NCBI GenBank assembly: GCA_024679065.1 | Contig: JAGIQG010000018.1 | Span: 27,528,001-27,592,000, forward strand | Source of the DNA: Sphyrna mokarran | Lineage: Eukaryota | DNA length: 64,000 nucleotides | Reading direction: 5' to 3' | Shown: positions 12,969 to 25,617 of the stretch, piece after piece | Layout of the letters: each line of letters opens with the position of its first letter | How positions within the stretch are numbered: the stretch's first letter is position 1 | Notes under the pieces: generated by a model | What the model saw: the letters and a program-made list of their open reading frames with translations, nothing else | What the model was told of the DNA's origin: nothing | The model's database searches: none | Program-made: the position numbers and the translations under genes

Positions 12969-15211
12969 TGGTTCATTTAGCTGAGAGCAAAGAATTACAG
13001 GAATTGATAGACAATGAAAGATCTAGATCCATCTTGTCACTTCTCCTATTCTGTTCGTCACATGTTATATTGATAAAAATAAGCTGTGAACTTATCATTG
13101 CAATCAATCAATTTCTCTGTAACAGGCTGAGATGTGAGGTAATGAAAGTCTCAGTGTTGGGGAGTTTTGGGAACATAGGTCCAAAGTCAGCTGTCTCTTT
13201 CAATCATGCCTCACTTAAACATTTCGAATTATTCATAATACAAAATCCCAAAACATAATTTTTGGGGAAACACTCATGTCATTTGCAATGGAATGAATCA
13301 ATTCCGTCTGTTTCCTCTGTTTCACTCGGGAGCTTGTTCAGTAGATTGAAGACATGCCCACCCAAATATTGATCCTGTTATGAATGTGCAGGGAACCGAG
13401 GGCTAGTTTTTCAATCAGCGAAGCAGTGAAGAATGAGTTTCCCTCAGCCTGAGTGAATTTAACAGCTGGCTAGTGTGATCAGGCAACGTAAGTCTATGGT
13501 ATAAGATTGCAGCCAGATATTATTGAAGGGAGGACTGGGGAAATTGGATAGGTGGAGAGGAGGAATTTGTTGGGGGCAGAGAAATTAATTGTGGATCGGA
13601 TAGATGGAGGTTGTAGAGAAGGGGCCCTGGGCAGAAGATGTTGGACAGAGGCATTTTAGAGGGTGCAGGGAGATCCTGGGGGACATTTGATTGTGGGGGA
13701 GGAGGGGGGAAGGAGTGTGAGGGTTGATGACTGAAATGGTTATAAGATGATTTATGTTTCTATAGGTTATTCAATGTTCCTATAGGTTATGTAGAAAAAA
13801 CAGGATGAGGCTATTGAGTTGGATGATCAGCCACGATTGTGATGAATGGCAGAGCAAGTTCAAAGGACCAAATGATGACCTCCTGTTCCTTTCTTCTGTG
13901 CTTCTAAGATTAGCCTAGTGGACCAAGGGGAAGAAGTACGATTCCTCCTGACTCCCCAAGCAGGTCTGGATAAAACTACTACCTGTCTATTACCTCCCTT
14001 TATTTGCCAGCTTTCCTGAGGTTCAGGAAAGTGAGCTGGTCAGTATTAAATCTGGAACAGGAAATGAATCTAAAGCAAGTACCTTCATTACAATATTTAA
14101 ATACGTGCCACAGTCACCTTGGGAAAGTTTTTTTTTGCCTCACCCAAATCCCACCTCCATTAAAAGTGAAAATAGGTCATTTGAGTTTGAGATTAAGACT
14201 TTAGCCTGAATTTTCCTGCAGATGGAGTGACTGGCTTAGCTAAAATGGCTCCAAAGATACAGCTCTGGAAATTCTGCCCCTGAATCTGACCTCCACCAAT
14301 TTGCACGCTGAAGTGGAGCTGCCTTCAGGTTGATCTGCTTTTGGCTTATAAGATGCCCAGAACAAGACCTGTGCACTTTCCACTTGGCAGTATAAGATCT
14401 GAAGTTAGCAAAGTTCTTTGGATCTATAGAGTAGCCTTTTAGAGAGGTAAGGTACTCTTTTGGATATGGTCTTCGGAGAGGTGAGATATTGTTTGGAAGT
14501 GGAATGGTGCCCTCTGGAAGACGTGTAAGGAAGAGGATTGTTGGAAGCAGACATTAATGTGTGTAAAAAGTAAACAAATTCATTTGATCTGTCAAGCTGA
14601 TGGGAATTGTCAAATTGAACTGTCACATTGACAAGTCATTTAAATGTCCTGCCCTTTAAATGTTCAAAAATAGAAACTGTTTACATTATTACACAAGATC
14701 AATGCCTACTATTTTACTTATCTGTTGACACAGGCCTGAAGACTGTCATTTTTGGATTTCACAACCAATTGTTATCACAGTGAGATGCCTGTCATTCATA
14801 GTTTGATTTTAGCTCCAAGTGCTTATAAAGGCTTTGAAGAAGGACTGTGGTTACAAATCTCTTGTTACAAGAGATTAATTAAGTATTGAACAAACTTAAA
14901 TGTAATGAATGGGTTTTTAATCAGAGTTTTCAAATAAAATAGTGAATTCATCAGTGCTATTAAAGAACATTATTTCGTCTCAGCATAGGTCTTGTGGTCT
15001 GCCCATGGTCGATATTGGTTGAGTTAGCACAAAGAGTGTAAATGAAAAAGGTGGTGGAGGATCAGTTATGGCTGGATATGTTCACACTAAGTTGTCATAG
15101 TGGATATAATAGGAATGGGATGAGTAGAGGGGGATATATTGGCATTTAGAGTATAGGGGCCATAAAGGTGGATAGAAGGGCGTCGATTGGCATATAGGCT
15201 GTGAGGAGCCT

Positions 15212-15550
15212 TAGAACATAGAATCCCTACAGTGCAGAAGGAGGCCATTCAGCCCATCAAGTCTGCACTGACTCTCCGACAAAGTAACTTATCTATGCCT
15301 ATCCCAGCCCTATCCCTGTAACCCGATGCATTTACTCAGCTAATCCCCCTAATTGACACATCTTTTGATGCTAAAGGACAAATTACCATGGCCAATCCAC
15401 CTAACCCACACAGCTTTGGACTATGGGAGGAAACTGGAGCATCTGGAGGAAATCCACGCAGACACTGGGAGAATGTGCAGTCATCCAAGGCTGGAATTGA
15501 ACCTGGGTTCTTGGCAGTGTAAGGCAGCAATGCTAATTACTGTGCCATGA
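15212..15550 (-). mobile_element. HE1-type V-SINE
   Basis: Head, V domain, CR1-type tail. Confidence 0.92.
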
Positions 15551-16142
15551 TCCCGCCTGGGTATGGGTGCAGAGGTTGGCATGTCTGGGGCACAGGGAAT
15601 GTGTGAGGAATGCACATCCCTGTGCAGGGATGATTTTTATTCACAGCAAAGATGAAGTGTGGAGAAACAAAGTGGCCCTTTTCCCTCTGCCCACCTCTGC
15701 ACCCTGCCACCTTGTGCTGTTTCTGGGGTCATTTACCAGGACTCCCTGCCATCTCACACCCCCTCATCCCCTGGAGCAAAAATTCAAAATTCTGGGACAA
15801 TTTGCCTGGATCAGATTTAAGGAGTTAGAAGTTGCTCCGGCTCTGTGCTCCTGGCACAGGGCCTTTGTGTATACTCCACACACCTCAAACCCACCTGTTT
15901 TGAGATGTGAAACTTCCCCTATAATTTCTGCGGAATTAGTTTTGAATTTAGTTTCCTTCAAGCACAGACTATATCCTCTGATTCTACTTCCCTGGAGAAG
16001 CTAAAATTAGCTAGTCAAGGTATCCGGTCTCCAGTCCATTTGGAATCCTAAAAGCAGCATTAATATCATCTCTCAAACTTCACTTTTCCAGTATGAGCTG
16101 CCCTCTGTTGGTAACAGCCTCAGAGCTGTGGTGCAATGGAAC

Positions 16143-17814
16143 TGTAACCCAAGATACAGTATGTAGTGTAACAGGTCAAAGCAGGTCGGGGACCCGGCAG
16201 TCAATTAGACAGACAGACCGTAGTCTAATGCTAATAACAAGTGAGGTTTATTCACCCGTGGCAGCTACGTGCAGTGATGAACAAAACTGTTACAGGAATT
16301 ACCTTCCAGCATACACCTCCCCACTCTCAGTTCCTTCCTGTCGTTTCACTGAACTGTTTGCCTTCCTTTTATCTATTGAGGCTGGGGGGTCAGTTCTGAT
16401 TGACTGTAATTGACTTTAAAGATTCCTGGAAGCAATACAGCCTTGCCTTTGTCACTCTGACAATTTATATGATTTTACTTAAAGCTGTACCTCTATCATG
16501 GATTTAAATCTCTCAAAAGCCAATGCTTCATGAGTTATCCTGTCTGTCTTTACATATTACCTGTCCGTTAACCATTTCCACACTTTGGTTTTGACATTCA
16601 GAAAAGGCAGGACATTTGCCTATTCTCCTGAAATTTATCATACTCACATTTAGGCGGCACATTGGCACAGCAGCTCGCACTGCTGCCTCATATCGCCAGG
16701 GACAGAGTTCAATTCCTGGCTTGGGTCGCTGTCTGTGACGAATCTGCATATTCTCCCCGTATCTGCATGGATTTTCTCCGGGTTCTTCAGTTTCCTCCTT
16801 TCCTCCCACAGTCCGAAAGATGTGTTGGTTAGGTGCATTGGCCATACTAAATTCTCCCTCAGTGTACCCAAACAGGTGCCAGAATGGTGACTAGAGGTTT
16901 TTTGCAGTAACTTCATTGCCACGTTAATGTAAGCCTATTTGTACATAATGAATAAACTTTAAACTTTATCTTGAAACTCTCCAGGGTGTGTTCCCTGCTC
17001 CAAAAAAATCCCTCAGGCATCTTCCCCCTCTATCTCTAATACAGCTGCGCTGATGGTGCAAGGGGCCTCAACTGGATCTCTTGCCAAAATAATAGGATCC
17101 TATTCTCTTACCCACTTTGATTCTCCTTGAGATTTTCACTTGCTCCAGAAGCATGTTTGTCTGCTCCTGTTGTATCAGTTCAACCTGCTTGAATATTCTC
17201 ACCATTTCCTTCATGATTGTAGATCTTGATTGTGATGATTGTGCCTTTAAGGACAATACAGCAGAAGGAGATCACCAGGCTTGTGGGACCATTTAAGATG
17301 AGTGTGGTAATTGCCCCACGGGGTTGCCTCTTAGACAAAAGATATTTAGAAGAGAAGTAAAAAATGTTGGGATTCAGGCATCTGGGGGCCGCCAACCCCT
17401 CTATTGTTTTCCTTTGTTCATAAATACCCTTTGTATCCCTGACAAAGTGTTTGACCGTGTATCATTATATTGGCCTTTCTCTGATCCACTCCTAACACCA
17501 CATTGGCACTAGCACTAACACGTCTATGACTCAGTGGTCAATTAGACAAATAGGTGAGAGCTCAATGTTTACAAGTCAGGTTTATTTACTACAGTAGCTG
17601 TGCCTTTACATGTTGCAGTGAACAAAACTAATAGGGATTATGTTGCAGCGTAGCCTTTCCCACTCCCAACTCCTTCCTCTTCTCAAGCACTAAAGAATTG
17701 TCAGGGGTTAATTTAATTCTTGCATTGGTCATCCTGATGTTTAGATCTTAAAGATTTGCTCTATTAAAGTTCTCAAAAACCTATGGATAATATAGCATCC
17801 ATCACTTTGTTGCA
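16143..17814 (-). mobile_element. Degenerate LTR element: two related LTR-like repeats (16143-16462 and ~17400-17814) with short internal part
   Basis: Shared blocks gtcaattagaca..acaagt.aggtttatt..gaacaaaact..cccactc..tccttcct; both end in CA; AATAAA on minus; tRNA-Arg-like PBS remnant catctgggggccgcca at ~17379-17394. Confidence 0.5.
16652..16967 (+). mobile_element. V-SINE with alternative (non-CR1) tail
   Basis: HE1 head and V domain, then aaattctccctcagtgtaccc..cagtaacttcattgc..aataaacttt. Confidence 0.88.
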
Positions 17815-18262
17815 ATATATTGTATGACATGATTTCACATGATCATTCTGATGAATTTATTACACTATATCCCTGATGTAAGTAGCTGCTTAAAAAATTT
17901 AACACGAAAAGGAAGGTGTGATCCAATATAGTTCCTGGTTGTTGTTATCCAGAAATCAAAAGAGATATTTGCTCCAGTGAGGATCTGCTTTGAAGAAATA
18001 TAGATTGGAAATTGAAGTAAGATAGATTGGAAAGGTGAACAAATCAATGTATGCAGATAACTCTGTATTGAATTAATCCCTGGAAGGGAATACATGTGTT
18101 TTCAAGTTTAATGTATTCAAATTGCTGTTGCATTGAGAATGTATAATTACCAGTTGTGTTTTGTTTTATGCCACAAGTGAGTGGTTATGTTTAACTCGTT
18201 CACAAAATAACCACACAAAATAATCACTATACTTTAGCAGTGGAATGATCTGTTTTTTTCTA

Positions 18263-18660
18263 TTCATTTATGGGATGTGAGCGTCACTGGCTAGGCCAGT
18301 CTTTATTGCCCATCCCTATTTCCCCATCAGAAAGTGCTGGTGAGCTGCCTTCCTGTGTGGTGATTTAGCTCCATCTATCCTATGCTGCTTCTGTTTAGCT
18401 TGCGCACAGCCTTGTGTTGTAGGGACTCAAGCTGGCATCTCATTCTAGGTATGCCTAATGTTGCTCCTGATGTGCTGTTTGATACTCCACATTGAACCAG
18501 AGCTCGTGACCAGGGTTGATGGCAATGGCAAAGTGAGGGACGTGCCGGGCCATGAGATTGAGTACAATTCTGCTACTATGCTGATGGCCCGCAGTGCCTC
18601 ATGGATGCCCAGTTTTGAGCTGTTGGATCTGTTTTGAATTTATTAGCATGATGGTGTCCA
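18263..18660 (-). mobile_element. LINE family B 3' end and internal fragment
   Basis: attcatttatgggatgtgagcgtcactggctaggccag..tttattgccc = reverse complement of the family-B tail. Confidence 0.75.
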
Positions 18661-18667
18661 TGATAGT

Positions 18668-19107
18668 GCTTGACATATGAGGAGTGTTTGAGCAGTCTGG
18701 GTTTGTACACGATTGAGTTTAGAAATATGAGGAGAGATCTCACTGAAACTTACAGAATACTGAAAGGCCTAGAAAGAGCAAACATGGGGAACATGTTTCT
18801 CTTAGTAGGAGAGATTCTGATCCAAGAGCACAGCCTTAGAGTACAGAGACAATTCTTCAGAACTGAGGAGCAATTTCTTCAACCAGAGGGTGGTGAATGT
18901 GTGGAATTCATTGCCTTAGAAGGCTGTGGAGGCCAGGTCATTGAGTGTATCTCAGACAGAGATCAGCTCTTGATTGGTAAGGGGATCAAAGGTTAGCGGG
19001 AAAAGATGGGACAATGGAGTTGATAAACTTAGAAGTCATGATTGAATGGTGGAGCAGACCCCATGGGCCAAATGGCCTCATTTGGCTCCTACATCTTATA
19101 ATGTTAT
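18668..19107 (+). mobile_element. CR1 LINE 3' fragment
   Basis: TYEECLSSLGLYTIEFRNMRRDLTETYRILKGL; CR1 tail. Confidence 0.88.
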
Positions 19108-19229
19108 GAACAGGATGAAGGATATTTCCCAAGCTTTCTTTCCCCATCTTGTATGCATTTTTTTTCCATTTGAAAATTGATGACTGATTCTACTGATCAC
19201 CCTTTTGAACTGTTAGACTGTTCAGCTAA

Positions 19230-20330
19230 TGTAGGTTCTGATAGACAATCTTGTTTATTTCTCTCAACCCTTTATATTGACCCAGCAGGGAATTGATGTA
19301 ATTAACTGCAAGCTATCATCGACACTTGAACCGATCATCGTAAACAGTTCAGAAGAAGCCCCCATAAAACCCCTTCCTCGACTTTAATGATATTCCAGTT
19401 CAAATTGAATGGACAAAGCATTTATTATTGCACCTCAGAAATGTTTAAATTTCACACAAAATGTCAAATGCTGGCGCTAATTGCATTAGTGAACTTGCTG
19501 GCCACAAGTCCAAGATCCAACTTCAGTCAATTACAGCTCGCATCAATTTGCATTTGTAAGCTTTTAGGATTAAAACTTCCAATGCGCAAAACAAAGGGAT
19601 TTGATCGTATGATAGCATGTCTGATTGATTGATATAATTAACAGTAATTTCATTCTTCGAACATGGCTGGACTATAGAGAGATGAATAATAAATGATTGC
19701 CAGTTCTCAATGTTCATATTTTATAATTAGGCATCGGCAGGTGTTAGAAAAATATTAATATGATAAAAAGCTATAATTCTGCACTTTGGAGACTCCAGTT
19801 CCTGTATGATGGTTATAAAAAGTGTAATTGTTCAGTAAATTGACTGCTGGCAAGCCATATTGCATCACCTTTAAACCTTGTGAGTAATGAGGAAGTATTC
19901 AGCACATGAAAAATCAATATTATAAAATTAGCGCAACAATATATTGACAGCACAACATTAATGAGCCAGTGATCTGATGGTAATTTTTATTTGTACCATC
20001 AATATTATTTAGAAATCTATATTACTCCTACTGTAAGGTTTTTTTATGAAATATTCATTGAAAAACTCTGGATACACTAAAACGTAATTTTGTCTGGACA
20101 GTGGTTACTCACACCGAGATTAAGATCAGAGTTTGTAGCAATCTTGCGTGATTCTTTTTGTATGTTCTCTGGCTGTTTATATAGTTGCACCACCAAAGAC
20201 CTCACTTTTCAGCTGGCAAGTTATATATTCAACAATGAACAATATAACATTGGAAACCATTAAATTGAAAGATTGTAAACTATATAGCAAAATAAAATAT
20301 GTATATTTTGAAAGCTATGATGGATTTTTC
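19230..20330. promoter_or_regulatory. Candidate conserved non-coding element/enhancer cluster
   Basis: About 1.1 kb with no recognisable repeat; octamer ATTTGCAT 19546-19553, AACAAAG 19590-19596, TGATTGAT 19622-19629, many TAAT cores. Confidence 0.45.
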
Positions 20331-20444
20331 TAAGGAATCGAGGAAATAATGACTATTTGTTTCATGTTGTGCATTTTAGTTTCATTTAAACCATGCTAGA
20401 TTGGCCCATCATCAACCAAATGATCGAGGAATTTTAAATGTAGA

Positions 20445-20595
20445 TTACAGGTTAGTTTGATTGGCCTTATAAAATTGTCCCTTGGTGTCAGGGGGATTAG
20501 CAGGGTAAATGCGTGGGATTATGAGGTTAGGGCTTGGGTAGGATTGTTGTCAGGTAGGCTCGATGGGCCAAATGTAGGGTTTCTGTGATTCTATA
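20445..20595 (+). mobile_element. HE1 SINE 3' half
   Basis: ggggattagcagggtaaatgcgtggg..gattctat tail. Confidence 0.8.
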
Positions 20596-20908
20596 GTGCA
20601 CATCAAAATCCCATGATCTTTTTGTGTTGGTTGAAAAACATTGGCTTAAATCTTCTGATGTCCAAAGCAGTGGAATCTGGATTTAAGTCATGACACTGTG
20701 GAAGTCCTGATGTGTGCAGATGCACTGTAGTTCCTGGAAACTCGAAACTTCCAATGGATTGCTTCCCCGAATCATTGTGAATGGCTCTGACCTCAGGATT
20801 GGTGACTTGAGCCGAATTTGCAATATTAGCTGAATAGGACCCAGGAAACGTTACATTGGTTAATCCTGGACTGAGGCTTTCCAGTATTGCCATGGCAAGT
20901 TTTCCCAG

Positions 20909-21077
20909 ATGTACAGATGCCGGCGTTGGATTGGGGTGGTAAGAACTCAGTAAGAATTTAGCAACACCAATTTATAATCCAACCGATTTATTTGATAGTA
21001 AAAAAGCGAGCTTTCGACGCTGTGTCTTTGTCAAATAAATCGGTTGGATTATAAATTGGTGTTGCTAAATTCTTACT
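20909..21077 (-). mobile_element. Penelope-like fold-back mini-element with 12-bp TSD
   Basis: TSD aagttttcccag at 20897-20908 and 21078-21089; perfect 47-bp arms 20949-20995 / 21031-21077; PLE terminal-repeat sequence. Confidence 0.85.
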
Positions 21078-22049
21078 AAGTTTTCCCAGGGCAGACACGG
21101 TGACCCATTTAAATCCCAGTTGACTTCAGCAGGATTAGAAGATCCCACCAAAGGAAGAGTCCAGATAATTCTGTCCCTTGTCTAGCTCAATGATTAGCCA
21201 GCATAACTAAAATGAAAACCAGGACTGAGCCCACAACTGATTGTCCATCTGACCCGATTGCTCTGAGAAGGGACCTTTTACCTGTGGTACTCATTTCTTG
21301 GTCAGACTGTAGACATACTTGGCTATCTGCCAAACATGTGTTTCTCAGTTCTGCTTCCAAACAGGCTACAGAGTAGCCATGTTGCTCTCAGGCTGAGTTT
21401 TCCAGCCTCTCTGCAGTGAGAGTCTAATACATGACTGACTGATGTCAGTAGCACAACATCATTTGTGACGTGTTTCATCTCTTAACCCTTTATATTATCT
21501 CGTGGCTTGACTATCTACCCAACCCAACTGCCTTCCTGATCCGACCGTTTTGCTGAATTTGACCTAACTATTCTACCTCTTTGACTCACTTCTTCCAAAC
21601 CTAACCAAACAAATGCCCCCGCATCTGACTCTCCACCTATCTACCCACTTACTCGTTCAGTCATGCATCCACAAACTCACTCGTCCGCTCACTCATCTGT
21701 TCACTAAAGCATGCTTGTTCATTAAAAGACTTGAGACTTTTAAGATCTTACTTGAATGTGGCAGCTGGTGTTGTACAAAGGGGGCATGTCCTTTCTTCCA
21801 CTCTCCTATATGTTCACTGGTCTCGCCCTTGACCATTGGACCATCCATGTTTTAGCTGGAACTGGAAGTCCTGGCTGAAAATGGGCGTTATCATTGAAGC
21901 TGCCCGGATGATTTGGGCCATTATGCTTGAAGCCAACCCCTCTCACAACATCCATAAGGCAGCACCAGAGGCATTCCTGAGGAGAGCTTTACAGCCTTTG
22001 GAGCACATTAGTACTGAACTTCCCTATGAAGTGTTGAATGGGTGGTCCA

Positions 22050-23650
22050 TCCATTCCTCTCGAGGTCCCCAGCATCACAGGTGTTAGTCTTCAGCCAATT
22101 TGATTAACTCCACATGATATCAAGAAATGATTGAAGTCACTTGATACTGCAAAGACTAAGCGCTGACAATATTCCAGCAATAGCACTGAAGATGTCCTCC
22201 AGAACATTCCATACCCCTGGCCAAGTGATTCCAGTTCAGCTATGAATCCAGCATTTACCCAGTGATGTGGAAAATTGCCCAATTTTCCAGCACACAAGGA
22301 ATAAGGCAAACACAACCTGGTTAATTACCATCCATCAGTCGATCATCAGTAAAGTGATGGAAGGGATTATCAACAGTGCTTACTCAGTAATACCCTGCTC
22401 ACTGATGCTCCGTTTGAGTTCTGACGTGATCACTCAGTTCCTGACTTCATTATAACCTTGGTTCAAGCATGGAAAAAAGAGCTGGACTCAGGAGGTGAGT
22501 TTAGAGTGACCGCCCTTGATTTCAGTGCAGCTTTTGAACAATGGTGGCGTCAAACAGCCCTAGCAAACTGGAGTCAACAGGAATTGGGGAAAAGCTTCTG
22601 CTGATGGGAGTCATACCTGACAGAAAAGGAGATGGTTGTGATGGTTGGAGGTCAGTCCTTTCAGTTTCAAGATTTCATTATGTGATCCTCAGCTGCTGCA
22701 TCAATGATTTTCCCTCCATCGTAAGGTCAGGAGTGGGATGTTTGCTGATAATTGCACAATGTTCAGTACCATTTGCAACTCCTCAGATGCTGAAGCAGTC
22801 CATGTTTAAATGCAGCAAGACCTGGACAATATCCAGCCTTGGACAGACAAGTGGCAAGTAACATTCATGCCACACAAGTGCCAGGCAATGATCATCTCCA
22901 ATACGAGAGGGTCCAAACATCTCCAGCATGAGGATCTAAACGTCACCCTTTGATATTCAATGGCATTACCTTCGCTGAGGCCCTCACTATCAAAATCCTG
23001 GGAATAACCATTGACCAGAAACTGAACTGGACAGCCATATAAATACTGTGACGACAAGAACAGGCCTAAAGCTAGGAATCCTGCGGCAAGTAGCTCACTT
23101 CCTGACTCTCCAAAGCCAGACCATTAACAAGGCATAAGTCAGGAATGTGAGGGAATACTCTGCACTTGCTTGGATGGGTGCAGCTCCAACAACACACTCG
23201 AAGTTTGACACTATCCAGGACTAAACAGCCCCACTTAATTGGCACCCCATCCACAAACATTCATTGCTTCTGTCACTGACACACAGTAACAGCAGTGTGT
23301 ACCACCTACAAGATGCACCCACAGGATTCACCAAGGCTATTTTGACAGCACCTTTCAAACTCACAACAGTTACTGTCCAGAAGAACATGGGCAACGGGCA
23401 CAATGGAACGCCACTATTTGAAAGTTTCCCTCCATGCCGTTCACTATCTTGACTTTGGAATATATTGTTGTTCCTTCACTGTTGCTGGGAAGAATTCTGG
23501 AACTTGCTCCTTAACAACACTGTGGGTGTATCTACACCATATGGACTGCGGTGATTCAGGAAGGCAGCTCACCATCATCTTCACGACGGCAATTAAGGAT
23601 AGGCAATAAATGCCGGCCTAGCCAGCGACGCCCACATTTCATAAATGAAT
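22050..23650 (+). mobile_element. CR1-group LINE family B, 5'-truncated, degenerate RT and 3' tail
   Basis: SIISKVMEGIINSA, SCCINDFPSIVRS fragments; tail ggcaataaatgccggcctagccagcgacgcccacat..atgaat. Confidence 0.88.
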
Positions 23651-25321
23651 AACTGCCGCGTGCAACAATCTCGCTGTCGTGTTAGACAAATTTAATTTGT
23701 GAAAGAGTCACAATAATTTACTTAGCAAAATTAATAATTCTTGATATTTGATTGTTAAGCCAACTGTAAGCTCCAACAATTCATGCATAGCAATTATTTA
23801 CATCATGTTTGAATGGTACAAAGACTTAAACATTAACTAAAAACAACAAAAAAATGATATTTTAAGGTCAGAATTAAACTGATATCCACTGAGGACACTT
23901 TCATATCAGTGTGGATGTGTTTGATTTGTCTGCTGGTCAGTTTGGTGTTACTAGGCTATTTCAAATGAACTGGTTTTGATTGTAATGAAGTTGGCCCATT
24001 ATTGTAAAAGTCAATCTGAATCATTACAATTTTATACATTGCATTTGGAATATTCTGCAGTCACTGTCAAGTAAAATATTGTCAACGTCAGTACCTCCCT
24101 GTTGGCAGTCACTCCAGTTTCAAGATATGCAGATTGTGGGAAATGAGCTGAGTATAGAGCCGGGTCTGGAATTCCTGGCTTGAAGCATCAAACCTTGGAG
24201 GCACTGCTGTGAAAAAATAACAACATATGTGGCCCTATTTTTGATTTCCTCATTTTGTCTCCTTTTTGTAATTTCTGACTTGTATGCCATAAATGATTGA
24301 CGCTGCTACCTTGTGAAGAGCAGGATCAGAATATATATATTGTAAAGCTTCCGGAACTCTGTCATTATCTCTCATTGGGGAAAGAAAAAGTCAGAAGGAT
24401 TTGGCCTTCAGAGCCCGATTGTTTTTACAATTTGCATTCAAGCCTGATGCCTGATATATAACCCTGAGCAAACTGCAATATAGAGCTCTGCTTGACTACC
24501 AAGCAATACGTTGACCTGGCAGGGTGGAGTTAACGATCAGGTATGTTGATATCCCAGGATGAGGCAGCCATTGCAGTCTGATGTGCTGACCCCTGTGAGG
24601 TGGGATACTCGACTGCAGCATTTATGGTAATAGGGGATGGCGTTCGCACTTTCCCTTGATTTACAAATCTAAGAATAGAAAATCAGCTGAATTGTCCACT
24701 CCAAGGGCAGAATTCTCCCGTCTGACCTATAGCACGTTTGGTGGCAAGTGGGAGCGGAGAAAACAATGGGGACTAAAAAGTCAAAAACCTCTGTGTAAAA
24801 ACGTGACATTCTGCCAATGGCAGGTCAATGGTAGCTTGGTGTTTTCGGTGGTGTGAACATTTCCTTGCATCTTACAAACGCTCGTTTAAACAGCTGTTTG
24901 CCGGAATCTTTCCAATCATGCTTCACACCAGCAGCAAGTCACATTGGCAGCAAACTCTGTTTGCAAAAAAGGGTCATGTACAATGTAGACCACAATTCAC
25001 TCGAGGTTTTGAGGTGAGTGCAACATACAGAGACTGCATCTGCCGTAGCATTGCATTGTTCCTGATGTGCTGAATGCTACTGTGCTGTGGCATACCATTT
25101 CTTGCCGTCCAGCTTCATGCCATACTGGCCTTGATAGCATTGTTTGCAAAGTGCCATGCAAAAGTCTGTGTTGGATACGAGGCAGGGTGGGCGCACTGCC
25201 ACACTGGGCTATGATCTCTTTGTTGGCTGTGAGATTTACCAGCTTCATGGCTCTCACAGGCTCCCAAGAGTGCATGGTGCAATAGACTGCACCCACAAAT
25301 GTGCCCATATGGACTCCATAT

Positions 25322-25617
25322 GGGTGGCATGATGGCACAATAGTTAGCACTGCTGACTCTCAGTCCAGGGACCCAGGTTTGATTTCCTGTTTGGATCACT
25401 GTCTGTGTGGAATTTGCATAAACTCCCCATGTCTGCATGGGTTTCCTCTGAGTACTGCAATTTTCTCCCATCATCCAAAAGGTTAGGTGCATTGGTCATA
25501 TAAAATTCTCCCTCAATGTACCCAAACAGGCACCAGAGTGTGACGACTAGTGGATTTTCACAGTAACTTTATTGCAGTGTTAGTATAAGCCTCCTTGTGA
25601 CATTAAACAAACTTTAC
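25322..25617 (+). mobile_element. V-SINE with alternative tail
   Basis: HE1 head/V domain, tail ..cttgtgacattaaacaaacttta. Confidence 0.88.

Noticed and set aside
13110-13146. 13-nt microexon (tttctctgtaacag|gctgagatgtgag|gtaatg)
   Set aside because: Frame-shifting length, common motifs and no other support.
20949-21077. pre-miRNA
   Set aside because: The hairpin is explained by an inverted Penelope terminal repeat with a TSD; perfect 47-bp arms and a 35-nt loop are atypical for miRNA.
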